64,000 bases of DNA from Candidatus Micrarchaeota archaeon (GCA_021851065.1 JAJZJQ010000002.1:4750-68749), one strand, 5' to 3'. Shown: positions 8,978 to 18,011, numbered from the stretch's first letter. The notes: generated by a model not told the origin, from the sequence alone. Numbers and translations are program-made.

Positions 8978-9403
8978 ATGGCATCGGAGGAGAAGATCGT
9001 TCTCAAGGCCGTGACAAAACCATCCAGAGACGACGTTGATGAGCTAACAAATTGGTTCTGCAAGGTCTTCGGACTTGGTGAAAAGGAACTTGAGCCTGCC
9101 ATGCTTAAGGAGATTATAGAGAATACCACAGGTGGGTCAGGAACTACAAGCAAGGATTTGAACAGGAAGCTTGACGTGCCGCGCACCACGGTGATATACC
9201 ACCTAAACAGGTTTATCTATTCGGGAATAGTAGTGAGGAAGGGAAGGAGGTACTACCTGAGATCGGAGGATATGGAAAGCACGATAGAAGAGCTGCAGGC
9301 AGACATGGAAAGGGAGTTCGGCAGGATGATGGAATTCGCCCAGAAGATGGACGAGCTTATAGAAAGTGACATGCATGGCAGAAGAAGAACAAGAAAGAGA
9401 TAA
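8978..9403 (+). CDS. Small winged-helix transcriptional regulator at the head of the dnaK operon
   Basis: 141 aa. wHTH-like TTSKDLNRKLDVPRTTVIYHLNRFIYSGIVVRKGRRYYL. Overlaps the grpE start. Confidence 0.6.
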   Translation: MASEEKIVLKAVTKPSRDDVDELTNWFCKVFGLGEKELEPAMLKEIIENTTGGSGTTSKDLNRKLDVPRTTVIYHLNRFIYSGIVVRKGRRYYLRSEDMESTIEELQADMEREFGRMMEFAQKMDELIESDMHGRRRTRKR

Positions 9404-9926
9404 TGGCAACGCGAACAGGGAGGCGCAGGGCAAGGAGCAGCTTGATGAGGCTGCTGCAGATCCGCACAATGAAGTTGCAGAGCTTAAGGACAGGCTGCTA
9501 AGGATGGCGGCTGAGTTCGACAACTACAAGAAAAGAGTTGCAAAGGACATAGACAGTTCCAAGGCCATTGGAAGGGCAGATGCGATAACCAGGCTCCTTC
9601 CTACGCTTGATGAGTTCGAGCTTGCCATGAAGGCATACGCAGACAATGAGGATGATAGGATGAAGGGCATGGCGCTAGTGTACTCTAACTTCGTCGCAGC
9701 GCTAAAGGGCATGGGGCTAAGAGAGATAGCTGTCGATGGGAAGTTCGATCCATACAAGCATGAGATAGTGCTTGCGCAGGGAAGCGACATGGAGGAAGGA
9801 TCGATAATAGAGGTTGTCAGGAAGGGATACATGCTTAACGAGATAATGCTAAGGCCGGCTTCAGTGATAGTATCAAAGAAGGAGGCAGGAAAAGAGAACA
9901 AGGAAAAAGAGAAAAAAGGTGAATGA
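9366..9926 (+). CDS. grpE: Nucleotide exchange factor GrpE
   Basis: Acidic N-terminus, [13 protein letters not shown] motif and GrpE C-terminal beta domain ([14 protein letters not shown]). The start could be the ATG at 9375. Confidence 0.9.
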   Translation: MTCMAEEEQERDNGNANREAQGKEQLDEAAADPHNEVAELKDRLLRMAAEFDNYKKRVAKDIDSSKAIGRADAITRLLPTLDEFELAMKAYADNEDDRMKGMALVYSNFVAALKGMGLREIAVDGKFDPYKHEIVLAQGSDMEEGSIIEVVRKGYMLNEIMLRPASVIVSKKEAGKENKEKEKKGE

Positions 9927-11782
9927 ATATGGCAAAAATACTAGGAATAGACCTGGGCACATCTAACAGTGCCGCTGCAGTGCTTGAAGGAGGAAGACCT
10001 ACGCTAATACCGAGCGCAGAAGGCACATCGCTTTACGGAAAATCTTTCCCAAGCTACGTGGCCTTTACAAAGGACGGTGACAGGCTTATTGGCGAGCCTG
10101 CGAAAAGGCAGGCTGTAGCAAATCCTGATGGGACGCTAAGCGCGTTCAAGAGGAAGATGGGCACTGACTTCAAGTACAAGGTGCTTGGCAAGAGCTACAC
10201 CCCGCAGGAGCTCTCGGCAATGCTGCTGCAGAAGATAAAGAAGGATGCGGAGGCATTTCTTGGGGAGGAGGTGAAGGAGGTGGTGATAACTGTGCCAGCC
10301 TACTTCAATGACAACCAGAGACAGGCCACCAAGGATGCCGGAGAGATTGCAGGGCTTAAGGTCGTCAGGCTGGTCAATGAGCCAACGGCGGCTGCGCTGG
10401 CATTTGGCGTAGATAAGGTAGGCAAGGATATGAAGATACTTGTCTACGATCTTGGCGGAGGCACCCTTGATGTTACAATAATGGAATTCGGGCACGGAGT
10501 ATTCGAGGTGAAATCCACCAATGGGGATACGCAGCTAGGAGGCACAGATATGGATAATGCCATAGTAGGCTTCCTGCTCGATGAAGTGAAGAGGAGTTCG
10601 GGAGTGGATGTATCAAGGGACAACCAGGCAGTACAGAGGATAAGGGAAGCTGGCGAAAAGTCTAAGATAGAACTTTCGACTACGCTGACAAGCGAGATAA
10701 ATCTGCCGTTCCTAACAATGGGGCCTGGGAACGCTCCTGTGCACTTCACTTACAAGATGACAAGGGCAAAGCTTGAGGAGATAGTGCTGCCTATAGTCGA
10801 GAGGACTGTCAAGCCCGTGACAAATGCCCTTAAGGACGCAAAGCTTGAGCCAGGGCAGATAGACAAGGTGATACTGGTTGGCGGACCTACCCGCATGCCC
10901 ATAGTGCAAAGGTACGTGGAGCAGCTGCTCGGCAAGAAGATCGAGAGGGGAGTTGACCCCATGGAAGCAGTTGCATTCGGAGCCGCAATACAGGCAGGGG
11001 TGCTCACAGGCGAGGTGAAGGATATCGTGCTGCTTGATGTGACGCCGCTCTCGCTTGGGCTAGAGACCCTTGGAGGAGTGATGACTAGGCTCATAGACAG
11101 GAACACCACCATCCCGATAAAGAAATCGCAGGTCTTCACTACTGCAGCTGACAACCAGCCTGCGGTGGACATAAACATACTGCAGGGGGAGAGGCCGCTT
11201 GCCAAGGATAACGTTGCGCTTGGAAGATTCGAGCTTGTGGGGATACCTCCTGCGCCAAGAGGCATGCCTCAGGTAGAGGTTACATTTGACATAGATGCAA
11301 ACGGCATACTGCACGTTCATGCAAAGGACAAGGCAACTGGAAAGGAGCAGAGCATGCAGGTAATAGCGCCTAACAAGATGAGCAAGGATGACCTTGACAG
11401 GAAGGTCAAGGAGGCAGAGCAGTATGCCGAGGAGGACAAGAAGACGCTTGACAGGATACAGACAAAGAACGAGGCTGAGAGCGTCCTGTATACCACAGAA
11501 AAGACCCTCAAGGATTTTAAAGATAAGATACCAAAGGAGGTGTACGACAAGGTCGATGCGGCCAAAAAGGAGCTTGAGGAGGCTGCCAAGGGAGATGACA
11601 CAGCAAAGATAAGGTCCGCGCTGGACAGGCTCAGCGAGGTGCTGCAGGAGATAGGCTCGAGCATGTATGGCAAAGGGGCGCAGGCAGGGCAGGATGGTGC
11701 GCAGGGGCCTGAAGCCCCGCAGGGAGGGGATGGAGGCCAGAGCGGAGACACTGTCAATGCCGATTTCAAGGTAGAGAAGTAG
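9923..11782 (+). CDS. dnaK: Hsp70 chaperone DnaK
   Basis: [18 protein letters not shown], full-length 619 aa Hsp70. ATGA overlap with the grpE stop. Confidence 0.97.
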   Translation: MNMAKILGIDLGTSNSAAAVLEGGRPTLIPSAEGTSLYGKSFPSYVAFTKDGDRLIGEPAKRQAVANPDGTLSAFKRKMGTDFKYKVLGKSYTPQELSAMLLQKIKKDAEAFLGEEVKEVVITVPAYFNDNQRQATKDAGEIAGLKVVRLVNEPTAAALAFGVDKVGKDMKILVYDLGGGTLDVTIMEFGHGVFEVKSTNGDTQLGGTDMDNAIVGFLLDEVKRSSGVDVSRDNQAVQRIREAGEKSKIELSTTLTSEINLPFLTMGPGNAPVHFTYKMTRAKLEEIVLPIVERTVKPVTNALKDAKLEPGQIDKVILVGGPTRMPIVQRYVEQLLGKKIERGVDPMEAVAFGAAIQAGVLTGEVKDIVLLDVTPLSLGLETLGGVMTRLIDRNTTIPIKKSQVFTTAADNQPAVDINILQGERPLAKDNVALGRFELVGIPPAPRGMPQVEVTFDIDANGILHVHAKDKATGKEQSMQVIAPNKMSKDDLDRKVKEAEQYAEEDKKTLDRIQTKNEAESVLYTTEKTLKDFKDKIPKEVYDKVDAAKKELEEAAKGDDTAKIRSALDRLSEVLQEIGSSMYGKGAQAGQDGAQGPEAPQGGDGGQSGDTVNADFKVEK

Positions 11783-11786
11783 TACG

Positions 11787-12890
11787 ATGGTAGATTACTA
11801 TTCTGTTCTTGGAGTGGCCAAGGATGCCACCCAGGAGCAGATAAAGGAGGCCTACAGGAAGGGCGTGCTCAAGTACCACCCGGATGTCAACAAGAGCCCG
11901 GATGCAGAGACTAAGATGCGCGAACTCAACGAAGCCTACGCAGTGCTCAGCGATGAGAGTAAGAGGAAGCAGTATGATGCGTACGGCCCTGAGGGCTTCA
12001 ATCGCAGGTTCTCAGAGGAGGACATATTCAAGGGCTCGGATATAGAGGACATACTGCGGCAGATGGGAATAAACATAAACTTCGGAGGCTTCGGATTCGG
12101 TGATATGTTCGGAGGAGGCGGGAGGGAACAGGATAGAGGGCAGAGCATACTCTACAGGGTGGATGTGACGCTGCAGGACGTAGCGAATGGAGCCACTAAG
12201 GAGATAAACATAAAGCACGTGAAGCAATGCGACGCGTGCAGTGGCAGCGGAGGGGAGCCAGGGTCAAAGCAAGTTAGGTGCACAGAGTGCAGGGGCAGCG
12301 GATATGTGACCATGGTAAGCAGCTCTTTCTTCGGAAGAATACAGACAACGCAGCAGTGCAGCAGGTGCGCAGGGGCCGGAAAGATATATGAGAGGAAGTG
12401 CAGGCGCTGCAACGGGAAAGGAGGGATAGTGGCGACAGAGAAAGCGAAGGTGACAATACCTGCAGGCGTAAGCAGCGGAATGAGGCTGAGGCTTGCAGGC
12501 ATGGGGGACTATGGGAGGGATGGGAGCGGGGATCTTTATATAGAGATGAATGAGCTAAAGGACAGGACGTTCACCCGTGAAGGAGACGATATAATAGCCA
12601 AGGTGGCAGTCCCATTCTACACAGCGATACTTGGAGGCGATGTGAAGGTGCCATCGCTTGACGGCACAAAGACCATAGCAATATCGCAGGGTACTGCGCC
12701 TGGGACGCGGGTGGTGGTGCACGGCGCTGGGATAAAGAGGCTGAACAGCGCACACAGGGGAGATGAGATAGTCGTTATAGATGTGGAGATACCTAAGAGC
12801 CTGTCGCACAATGAACGCGAGCTTATGGAACAGTTCAGATCCATAAACGAAGGTCCTGGGGCAGGGAAGAAGATATTTGGAGTATTCTGA
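11787..12890 (+). CDS. dnaJ: Hsp40 co-chaperone DnaJ
   Basis: J domain ([13 protein letters not shown]), G/F-rich region and four CxxCxGxG zinc-finger repeats. Confidence 0.95.
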   Translation: MVDYYSVLGVAKDATQEQIKEAYRKGVLKYHPDVNKSPDAETKMRELNEAYAVLSDESKRKQYDAYGPEGFNRRFSEEDIFKGSDIEDILRQMGININFGGFGFGDMFGGGGREQDRGQSILYRVDVTLQDVANGATKEINIKHVKQCDACSGSGGEPGSKQVRCTECRGSGYVTMVSSSFFGRIQTTQQCSRCAGAGKIYERKCRRCNGKGGIVATEKAKVTIPAGVSSGMRLRLAGMGDYGRDGSGDLYIEMNELKDRTFTREGDDIIAKVAVPFYTAILGGDVKVPSLDGTKTIAISQGTAPGTRVVVHGAGIKRLNSAHRGDEIVVIDVEIPKSLSHNERELMEQFRSINEGPGAGKKIFGVF

Positions 12891-12957
12891 TTATTCTGGC
12901 AGAATTCAGGGGAGGAGAGAGCAGCAGATATCATTGTTGCATTATGCGCGCTGCCTG

Positions 12958-13557
12958 CTATGAAGCTATGGTGGTAACGGTGGATGTCGTAGGTATACTA
13001 TATGTGCTCAGGTATGGGGCAGTAAACGAAGCAGCCTCCTCGATCTGAGGGGCGTATCCTGGCACGCTGTAATTGATCCACAGATATCCGGTAAATGTGG
13101 AGCCCAGGTTGCCATAGGCGCGCGCGTTGCCTGCCTTGTAGCAGTATGCAGACACTATAGCATATGTTCCCAGATAGACAACATTGCCAGGGGAGTAGTA
13201 TACCGTAGGGTAATATTCGCCCAGGGAGTTTACTGCAGTGTTGCCGTATGCAGGATTATTACCGGTAGAGCTCTGCCTTGATGAGCATGCAACTCCGTTT
13301 ATTGTTATCTGCGACCCTAGGGATTGTGATAGTTTTACCACCACTGCGCCGCTAGTGTTTAGCCCTATGAAATCCATTGTGAGCCCCGGAGGCGAGGTAT
13401 ATGCGATGTCTGCCGGAGGGTTTAGGGCCACATTGATAACAACTATCAGAGCGGCAGTTATTATCACAAGTGCCACACCATAGGAGGTTAGGAAGTCCAT
13501 GGCGGACTGAAGCTTCAGCCGCCTTCCTACGCGGGGACGCTGTGGTTTCCTGAGCAA
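12958..13557 (-). CDS. Archaeal type IV pilin-like protein with class III signal peptide
   Basis: Basic N-terminus followed by KLQSAMDFLTSYGVALVIITAALIV (QxSxE/D-F/Y-L...G plus hydrophobic helix), then an S/T/N/Y-rich ectodomain. Confidence 0.65.
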   Translation of the reverse strand: MLRKPQRPRVGRRLKLQSAMDFLTSYGVALVIITAALIVVINVALNPPADIAYTSPPGLTMDFIGLNTSGAVVVKLSQSLGSQITINGVACSSRQSSTGNNPAYGNTAVNSLGEYYPTVYYSPGNVVYLGTYAIVSAYCYKAGNARAYGNLGSTFTGYLWINYSVPGYAPQIEEAASFTAPYLSTYSIPTTSTVTTIAS

Positions 13558-14181
13558 TTACTTCGCCTTCATCTCCATCTTCGCTTCGAAGTCGGAGACC
13601 TTGTAATTGAACTCCTCGTTAGATTTTATTAAACCTTTCTCCTTCAGGAACTCGCGTGCCAGCAGCATGTACATAAGAGCTAGCGACTTTCTGCCCTTGT
13701 TGTTGCACGGCACTACCAGATCAACGAATTTTATCCAGTTGTCAGTATCGCAAAGCGCGATTATTGGGATGCTGGTGGAACTGGCCTCCTTTACAGCCTG
13801 CCTCTCGTTGCGCGTATCGCTCAATAGGGCTATCGAAGGCTCGGTGTAGTCGCTGCGGTTGGGGTTGGTGAATATGCCAGGTACTACCCTTCCGCTGATC
13901 AGCTTTGCGCCGATTATCTCGGCAAATTTAGCTGCAGAGGCTATTGCGTAGATTCTTGATGCCGTCACAACTATGTTCTTTGGCTCGTACTGTGCCAGGA
14001 GCTTTGCAGCCTGGCGTATCTTCTGGTCTATTGTGGACAGTTCTAGGAGATACAAGCCGTCCTCCCTTACCTTGTATATGTACCTTTTCATGCCCGGCGT
14101 CTTTACCTTTGTGCCTATGTGCACACCGACTTCAAGGTACGTTGCCTGATCTATCAGCAGTTCGTTTGCCATGATTATCAC
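13558..14181 (-). CDS. rps2: 30S ribosomal protein uS2
   Basis: LLIDQATYLEVGVHIGTK...; typical archaeal uS2 length and motifs. Confidence 0.93.
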   Translation of the reverse strand: MIIMANELLIDQATYLEVGVHIGTKVKTPGMKRYIYKVREDGLYLLELSTIDQKIRQAAKLLAQYEPKNIVVTASRIYAIASAAKFAEIIGAKLISGRVVPGIFTNPNRSDYTEPSIALLSDTRNERQAVKEASSTSIPIIALCDTDNWIKFVDLVVPCNNKGRKSLALMYMLLAREFLKEKGLIKSNEEFNYKVSDFEAKMEMKAK

Positions 14182-14186
14182 AAGTT

Positions 14187-14281
14187 CGGGGTCGCCGCGA
14201 TTTTCATAAGCGAAGGCTTATTTTGAACGCGGGTCTTATGCTCCCTAAGCACAGAGCCTAACCAAGCTAGCAGACGACCCC
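14187..14281 (-). tRNA. tRNA, Pro-like (anticodon loop UUAGGGA = AGG), with a 21-nt BHB intron in the T-loop (59/60)
   Basis: Acceptor GGGGUCG/CGACCCC, D-loop AGCUUGGUUA, anticodon stem UGUGC/GCAUA, T-stem CCGCG/CGCGG. The T-stems enclose 28 nt that fold as helix UUCA/UGAA flanked by 3-nt bulges AAA and AAU plus inner hairpin UAAGC-CUUC-GCUUA. Removing 21 nt restores UUCAAAU and a 74-nt tRNA. Weak point: U10-U25 mismatch. Confidence 0.65.
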
Positions 14282-14341
14282 GCGTCTTATATCTAGCATT
14301 GGTTATTTTTAAATGTTTACCTGCATTCATCTTACCGCCAA

Positions 14342-14542
14342 TCACTTCCTGCTGTAGTTGATTATGTCATCAATCAGGTCCACATGGCCAAGAAGCATCC
14401 TTCTGCAGCAGTACCGTTTAACCTTAAGTCTGCTGAGCACTGCGCTCGGATCCTCCTTCTTCACCTGAGTAGCCTCCTTGAACTCTTCCCATTTGTCCCC
14501 CACGACCTGGCCGCATGAGAAACACCTAACAGGTATCATCAT
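14342..14542 (-). CDS. rpoN: DNA-directed RNA polymerase subunit N (Rpo10)
   Basis: [17 protein letters not shown]....[16 protein letters not shown], 66 aa. Confidence 0.9.
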   Translation of the reverse strand: MMIPVRCFSCGQVVGDKWEEFKEATQVKKEDPSAVLSRLKVKRYCCRRMLLGHVDLIDDIINYSRK

Positions 14543-14557
14543 AGTATCAACTTAGCA

Positions 14558-15115
14558 TCATCTGTAAGATTTCTGGAACCTTGCCCTTGCCTTTGGACCC
14601 TTGAATTTCTTCGGCTCGACTTCCCTGGTGTCGTCCACCAGCATGTGGCGGTCATAGCTCATGTAGAAGCTGCGCAGTGCATCTGGGGCCGCTGATGCCT
14701 TGACTATTGCCTTTGCTATTGCAGTTCTTGCTGCCTGGGCCTGGCCGCTGAATCCTCCGCCGTACACCAGGACGCTTATATCAGATGACTTTGCAACATC
14801 CGCAGCTGCGCTGGTGGAATTGATAGGTTCAAGTATGAGCTCCCTTATCTCACTAGGCTCCATGAGCTTTATGTCCCTGCCATTTATCGTAAGCTTGCCG
14901 TTCCCCCCGGGTATCAGGGATACCCTGGCCACAGCCCGCTTCCTCTTGCCCTTTGCAAGTACTGGTTTCTTGGTTGTCTTCTTCTTTGCAGCGCCTTTTG
15001 CTGCGCTGCGCCTTGCCTGTGGTTTTGCCTGAACTGCCTTTGGCTGGTAGAGGTTCTCAAGTTCTTTGTCTAGGTTCGATGTTCCTTTCTGTTCATTTGC
15101 CATGAATATCAGCAT
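14558..15115 (-). CDS. rps9: 30S ribosomal protein uS9 with a K/A-rich N-terminal extension of about 55 aa
   Basis: Core GKRKRAVARVSLIPGGNGKLTINGR ... KKFKGPKARARFQKSYR. The N-terminal extension is rich in K, A and Q. Confidence 0.9.
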   Translation of the reverse strand: MLIFMANEQKGTSNLDKELENLYQPKAVQAKPQARRSAAKGAAKKKTTKKPVLAKGKRKRAVARVSLIPGGNGKLTINGRDIKLMEPSEIRELILEPINSTSAAADVAKSSDISVLVYGGGFSGQAQAARTAIAKAIVKASAAPDALRSFYMSYDRHMLVDDTREVEPKKFKGPKARARFQKSYR

Positions 15116-15174
15116 TTTTTACCATATATCCGGATTCTGGAATCATATGAAGCGGCCTCGTAGTAACCATATAA

Positions 15175-15600
15175 TCATACCTTGTAACCGAGCTTCTCGG
15201 TTAACTCTTTTATGGTAATCACGTTCTCGAATATCTGCGCTGAAGGTTTTGACTTCACGTCGAACTTCTCACCTTTTATTCCGGCAGGGGAGCCCACGTA
15301 GACCCTAAGTTTCTTGAACGCGGCCTTGCCCTTTGGCTTTTTGTAGGGCAGCATGCCCCTTATGACCCTCTTGACGAACATATCCGGCCTGCGAGGCCAG
15401 TATGGAGAGTGTTCTGGATTTGCCTTGTCCTTGAGCTCAAGTAGCCTCTTGTATTTGCCGGATATGCCATGCTCATGCCCACTTATGACCATCTTCTCGG
15501 AGTTTATCACGCTTACAGTATTGTCATTGAGCAGCAGCTTGGCTACCTGGCTTGCTGCCCTTCCAAGCACCTTGTCCGATCCGTCAACAATGTATTCCAT
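15175..15600 (-). CDS. rpl13: 50S ribosomal protein uL13
   Basis: VDGSDKVLGRAASQVAKLLL, 141 aa, conserved position next to uS9. Confidence 0.9.
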   Translation of the reverse strand: MEYIVDGSDKVLGRAASQVAKLLLNDNTVSVINSEKMVISGHEHGISGKYKRLLELKDKANPEHSPYWPRRPDMFVKRVIRGMLPYKKPKGKAAFKKLRVYVGSPAGIKGEKFDVKSKPSAQIFENVITIKELTEKLGYKV

Positions 15601-15605
15601 GATTA

Positions 15606-15959
15606 TCAGATTATTATCCTGGCAGGCTTGCCTGAGAGCATGTCATTTATATCCACTATATCGCATTTTGCCGTCTTCAGTTTCTCGACAGCGCTGCCTG
15701 AGAAGTCGATTGCGGTTATTCTTATACTCTTGCTTATCTTCCCGTAGCCAAGAACCTTTCCAGGCACTATGATGCTGTCCTTCTCATTGGCGTACCGATT
15801 GAGCTTGTCAAGGTTGACGCTAACCCTCTGCCTCTTGGGCTTTGAAGACAATTTTATGAGGTATGAAAGCAGCTTGGGATTCTTGGAGCCGGCTTTGGCC
15901 TTCTCCAGGGACTCTATCCACTTTCTTATCTGGGTTTTTTCTATTCCTTCCATGAACAT
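15606..15959 (-). CDS. rpl18e: 50S ribosomal protein eL18 (L18e)
   Basis: KNPKLLSYLIKLSSKPKRQRVSVNLDKLNRY. Start trimmed to the ATG at 15959 so it does not overlap tRNA-Leu. Confidence 0.85.
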   Translation of the reverse strand: MFMEGIEKTQIRKWIESLEKAKAGSKNPKLLSYLIKLSSKPKRQRVSVNLDKLNRYANEKDSIIVPGKVLGYGKISKSIRITAIDFSGSAVEKLKTAKCDIVDINDMLSGKPARIII

Positions 15960-15967
15960 CACTTGGA

Positions 15968-16054
15968 TGCGGGGGGTGAGATTTGAACTCACGCAAACAC
16001 TAAAGTTACTGACCCCTCAAGCCAGCGCATTTGACCAGGCTCTGCCACCCCCGC
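15968..16054 (-). tRNA. tRNA-Leu (GAG)
   Basis: Acceptor GCGGGGG/CCCCCGC with A73, anticodon arm CUGGC-UUGAGGG-GUCAG, long variable arm, T-arm GUGAG-UUCAAAU-CUCAC. Sits in the conserved position upstream of L18e. Confidence 0.9.
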
Positions 16055-16066
16055 GCTTGAAGGCCA

Positions 16067-16636
16067 TCACTTCTTGACTTCTTTATGTACATCTTTCAAT
16101 TCACTGCTTATTATACCTAATGCCCTGTGCACTATGTCGATGGGCGGCATCTGGCCATACGTTTCAATGTAAAATTCAAAGGTGTTGTCGTCAACTGCCT
16201 TGTAAGTGACCAGGCCTGGCTGGAACTTCGAACTTTTCATGGCATTGCTGAATATGGCCTTGCCATCGACCTTGAGCTTCTGGCCCTCGGCTAGCTTTAT
16301 TATTGGTATATTGTCATTTGCCACCCCAATGCCCTTGGAGGTGCTTACCAGTTCCTTGGAGAGCACAGTCACAGGGCCCTCTGCAGACAGTGAGAAGACT
16401 ACCTCGTCATCCTCGCCATAGTCCTTTGGAGTCCTTATTGGTATTAACCCGATCCTGTGGGCTATGTATTCGTCGAACATTGCGCTGGAATTCTCGTAGA
16501 ACGTAACCTTGTCTATAGCCAGGCAGCCTACTGCGTTCATCATCGTCCTCCTGAAAGCGTTGGCAAATGAGAAGTTGGTTCCCTCAAGCCTGAAGCTCGC
16601 CGAAGTCTCGTCGCTGCTCAGAATCGTCAATTTCAT
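16067..16636 (-). CDS. rpoD: DNA-directed RNA polymerase subunit D (Rpo3), short form (189 aa)
   Basis: FANAFRRTMMNAVGCLAIDKVTFYENSSAMFDEYIAHRIGLIPI. No cysteine cluster is visible. Confidence 0.85.
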   Translation of the reverse strand: MKLTILSSDETSASFRLEGTNFSFANAFRRTMMNAVGCLAIDKVTFYENSSAMFDEYIAHRIGLIPIRTPKDYGEDDEVVFSLSAEGPVTVLSKELVSTSKGIGVANDNIPIIKLAEGQKLKVDGKAIFSNAMKSSKFQPGLVTYKAVDDNTFEFYIETYGQMPPIDIVHRALGIISSELKDVHKEVKK

Positions 16637-16813
16637 CGAAAAAGCCTTGCTAAAACTAGCTTATTAGTAAAGGAGATTTAGACGTTAACCTTTATAAATA
16701 TTGGCAACAAGTGGAATCGCAGGCTCGGCCAGCTGCCTGGGTGCGCAGCCTGGCAGTTTAAGAGGATATGGGCACTTCGCTCGCCATCCTGCGCAGGGCA
16801 GCAGAACACCCCA

Positions 16814-17464
16814 TTGGAGCAAGGGGCGGCGCTTATAGATATATTAGCTTTGGTGCGCTATACTGTGATGGTGATTGCGCTGGACATGTGGGGCATATAT
16901 CTCAAGAGGAATCTCTCTTCTTTCGGCAGTGGAAGGCTCAGGCTTGCCACGGCGGACAGGCAGCATGCTTCACTGGCCCAGATAGCGGATAGGTCAGTTA
17001 CCCTGGAACCTAACGCGGCGCTGCTGCTGCATTATGCGCCGGAGCACAGATATGCGCTGTGCAAGGATCTTACTTACGACATGCTGATAAGCGTATACGG
17101 CGTTGACACGCGCTCTGCAGTGGTGCTTAGGATAAGCAAGGAGCTAAGCCAGAAGGACATTCTTAAGATGGGCAGCTGGACAACCAGGCTGCGCGACAGT
17201 AACCTCGAATTCAGGGCAATAGGGTTGCAGGATGGTTATATTGGAGCTGCAAGGGATATAGAGCAGCTGCGGCGCAGGGTGAGGTCTAGGCTTATGGAAA
17301 TAGACTTATTTGGCACAGACATACGCCATATAGCCATAGATCTGAAGACAGGAGTGCCTTACAACCTTCTTGTCATTGATAGGATATACAGGCCGGGAGA
17401 GCTTGCATGCCAGGTGAAGAAGGAGGATTTCATAGCGAAGGCTTCAGAACTTTCTTTCGTATAA
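16814..17464 (+). CDS. Hypothetical protein
   Basis: 216-aa ORF with coding-like composition and no recognisable motif. Start uncertain. Its 3' end overlaps the convergent thpR by 21 nt. Confidence 0.4.
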   Translation: MEQGAALIDILALVRYTVMVIALDMWGIYLKRNLSSFGSGRLRLATADRQHASLAQIADRSVTLEPNAALLLHYAPEHRYALCKDLTYDMLISVYGVDTRSAVVLRISKELSQKDILKMGSWTTRLRDSNLEFRAIGLQDGYIGAARDIEQLRRRVRSRLMEIDLFGTDIRHIAIDLKTGVPYNLLVIDRIYRPGELACQVKKEDFIAKASELSFV

Positions 17465-17971
17465 GGTTTCGTATACCGGACCGTGGCTTGAGGGCGTACT
17501 CTTTTTAACTGCAATGCAGCTTACTTCAAAACTGCCGAACTTTGTAGCAGCATGTCTTGAAATAAAATCTTCCAGACCGCAAGCAGGATGTTTTACCCTT
17601 GCCATTGTTATGTGCGGCACGAACTTGCGGCTATCTATAGACTCGATGCCAATTGCAGCAAGTCTCACTGATATCTGCGAGTACAGGTATGCTATCCTTG
17701 AGTCGTCGGCCACATTGGCGAATATGACTCGCGCAGGCTTGCCAAAATATGAGACGCCATAGACAGATACCAGGAAGGGTGTTGAATTTACGGCCTTTAT
17801 GGTATTTTCTATATCAATTAGCTGTGCCTTGCTCTTCTCCCCAAGGAATTGCAGCGTTATGTGGAGATTGTTCTGCGCGACGGTTGTTACACCGCTATGA
17901 AGTTCTGCCGAAGCCGCATATACTCTCTCCTTGATTTCCTCTGGGAGATCTATTGCTATAAACGTGCGCAT
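17444..17971 (-). CDS. thpR: RNA 2',3'-cyclic phosphodiesterase (2H phosphoesterase, LigT/ThpR)
   Basis: Two HxT motifs (HITLQFLG and HITMARV) at the expected spacing, 175 aa. Confidence 0.85.
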   Translation of the reverse strand: MRTFIAIDLPEEIKERVYAASAELHSGVTTVAQNNLHITLQFLGEKSKAQLIDIENTIKAVNSTPFLVSVYGVSYFGKPARVIFANVADDSRIAYLYSQISVRLAAIGIESIDSRKFVPHITMARVKHPACGLEDFISRHAATKFGSFEVSCIAVKKSTPSSHGPVYETLYERKF

Positions 17972-18011
17972 GTTTTATTATAGCTCTTATCCATTTATTT
18001 AACGTGGCTTT

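Noticed and set aside
15769-16077. 102-aa plus-strand ORF
   Set aside because: It overlaps the L18e gene on the opposite strand and runs straight through tRNA-Leu (15968..16054).
16700-16813. GC-rich stretch with small stem (CTGCC..GGCAG) upstream of the 216-aa ORF as a possible ncRNA
   Set aside because: The stem is only 5 bp with a 14-nt loop, and there is no further structure or conservation evidence.
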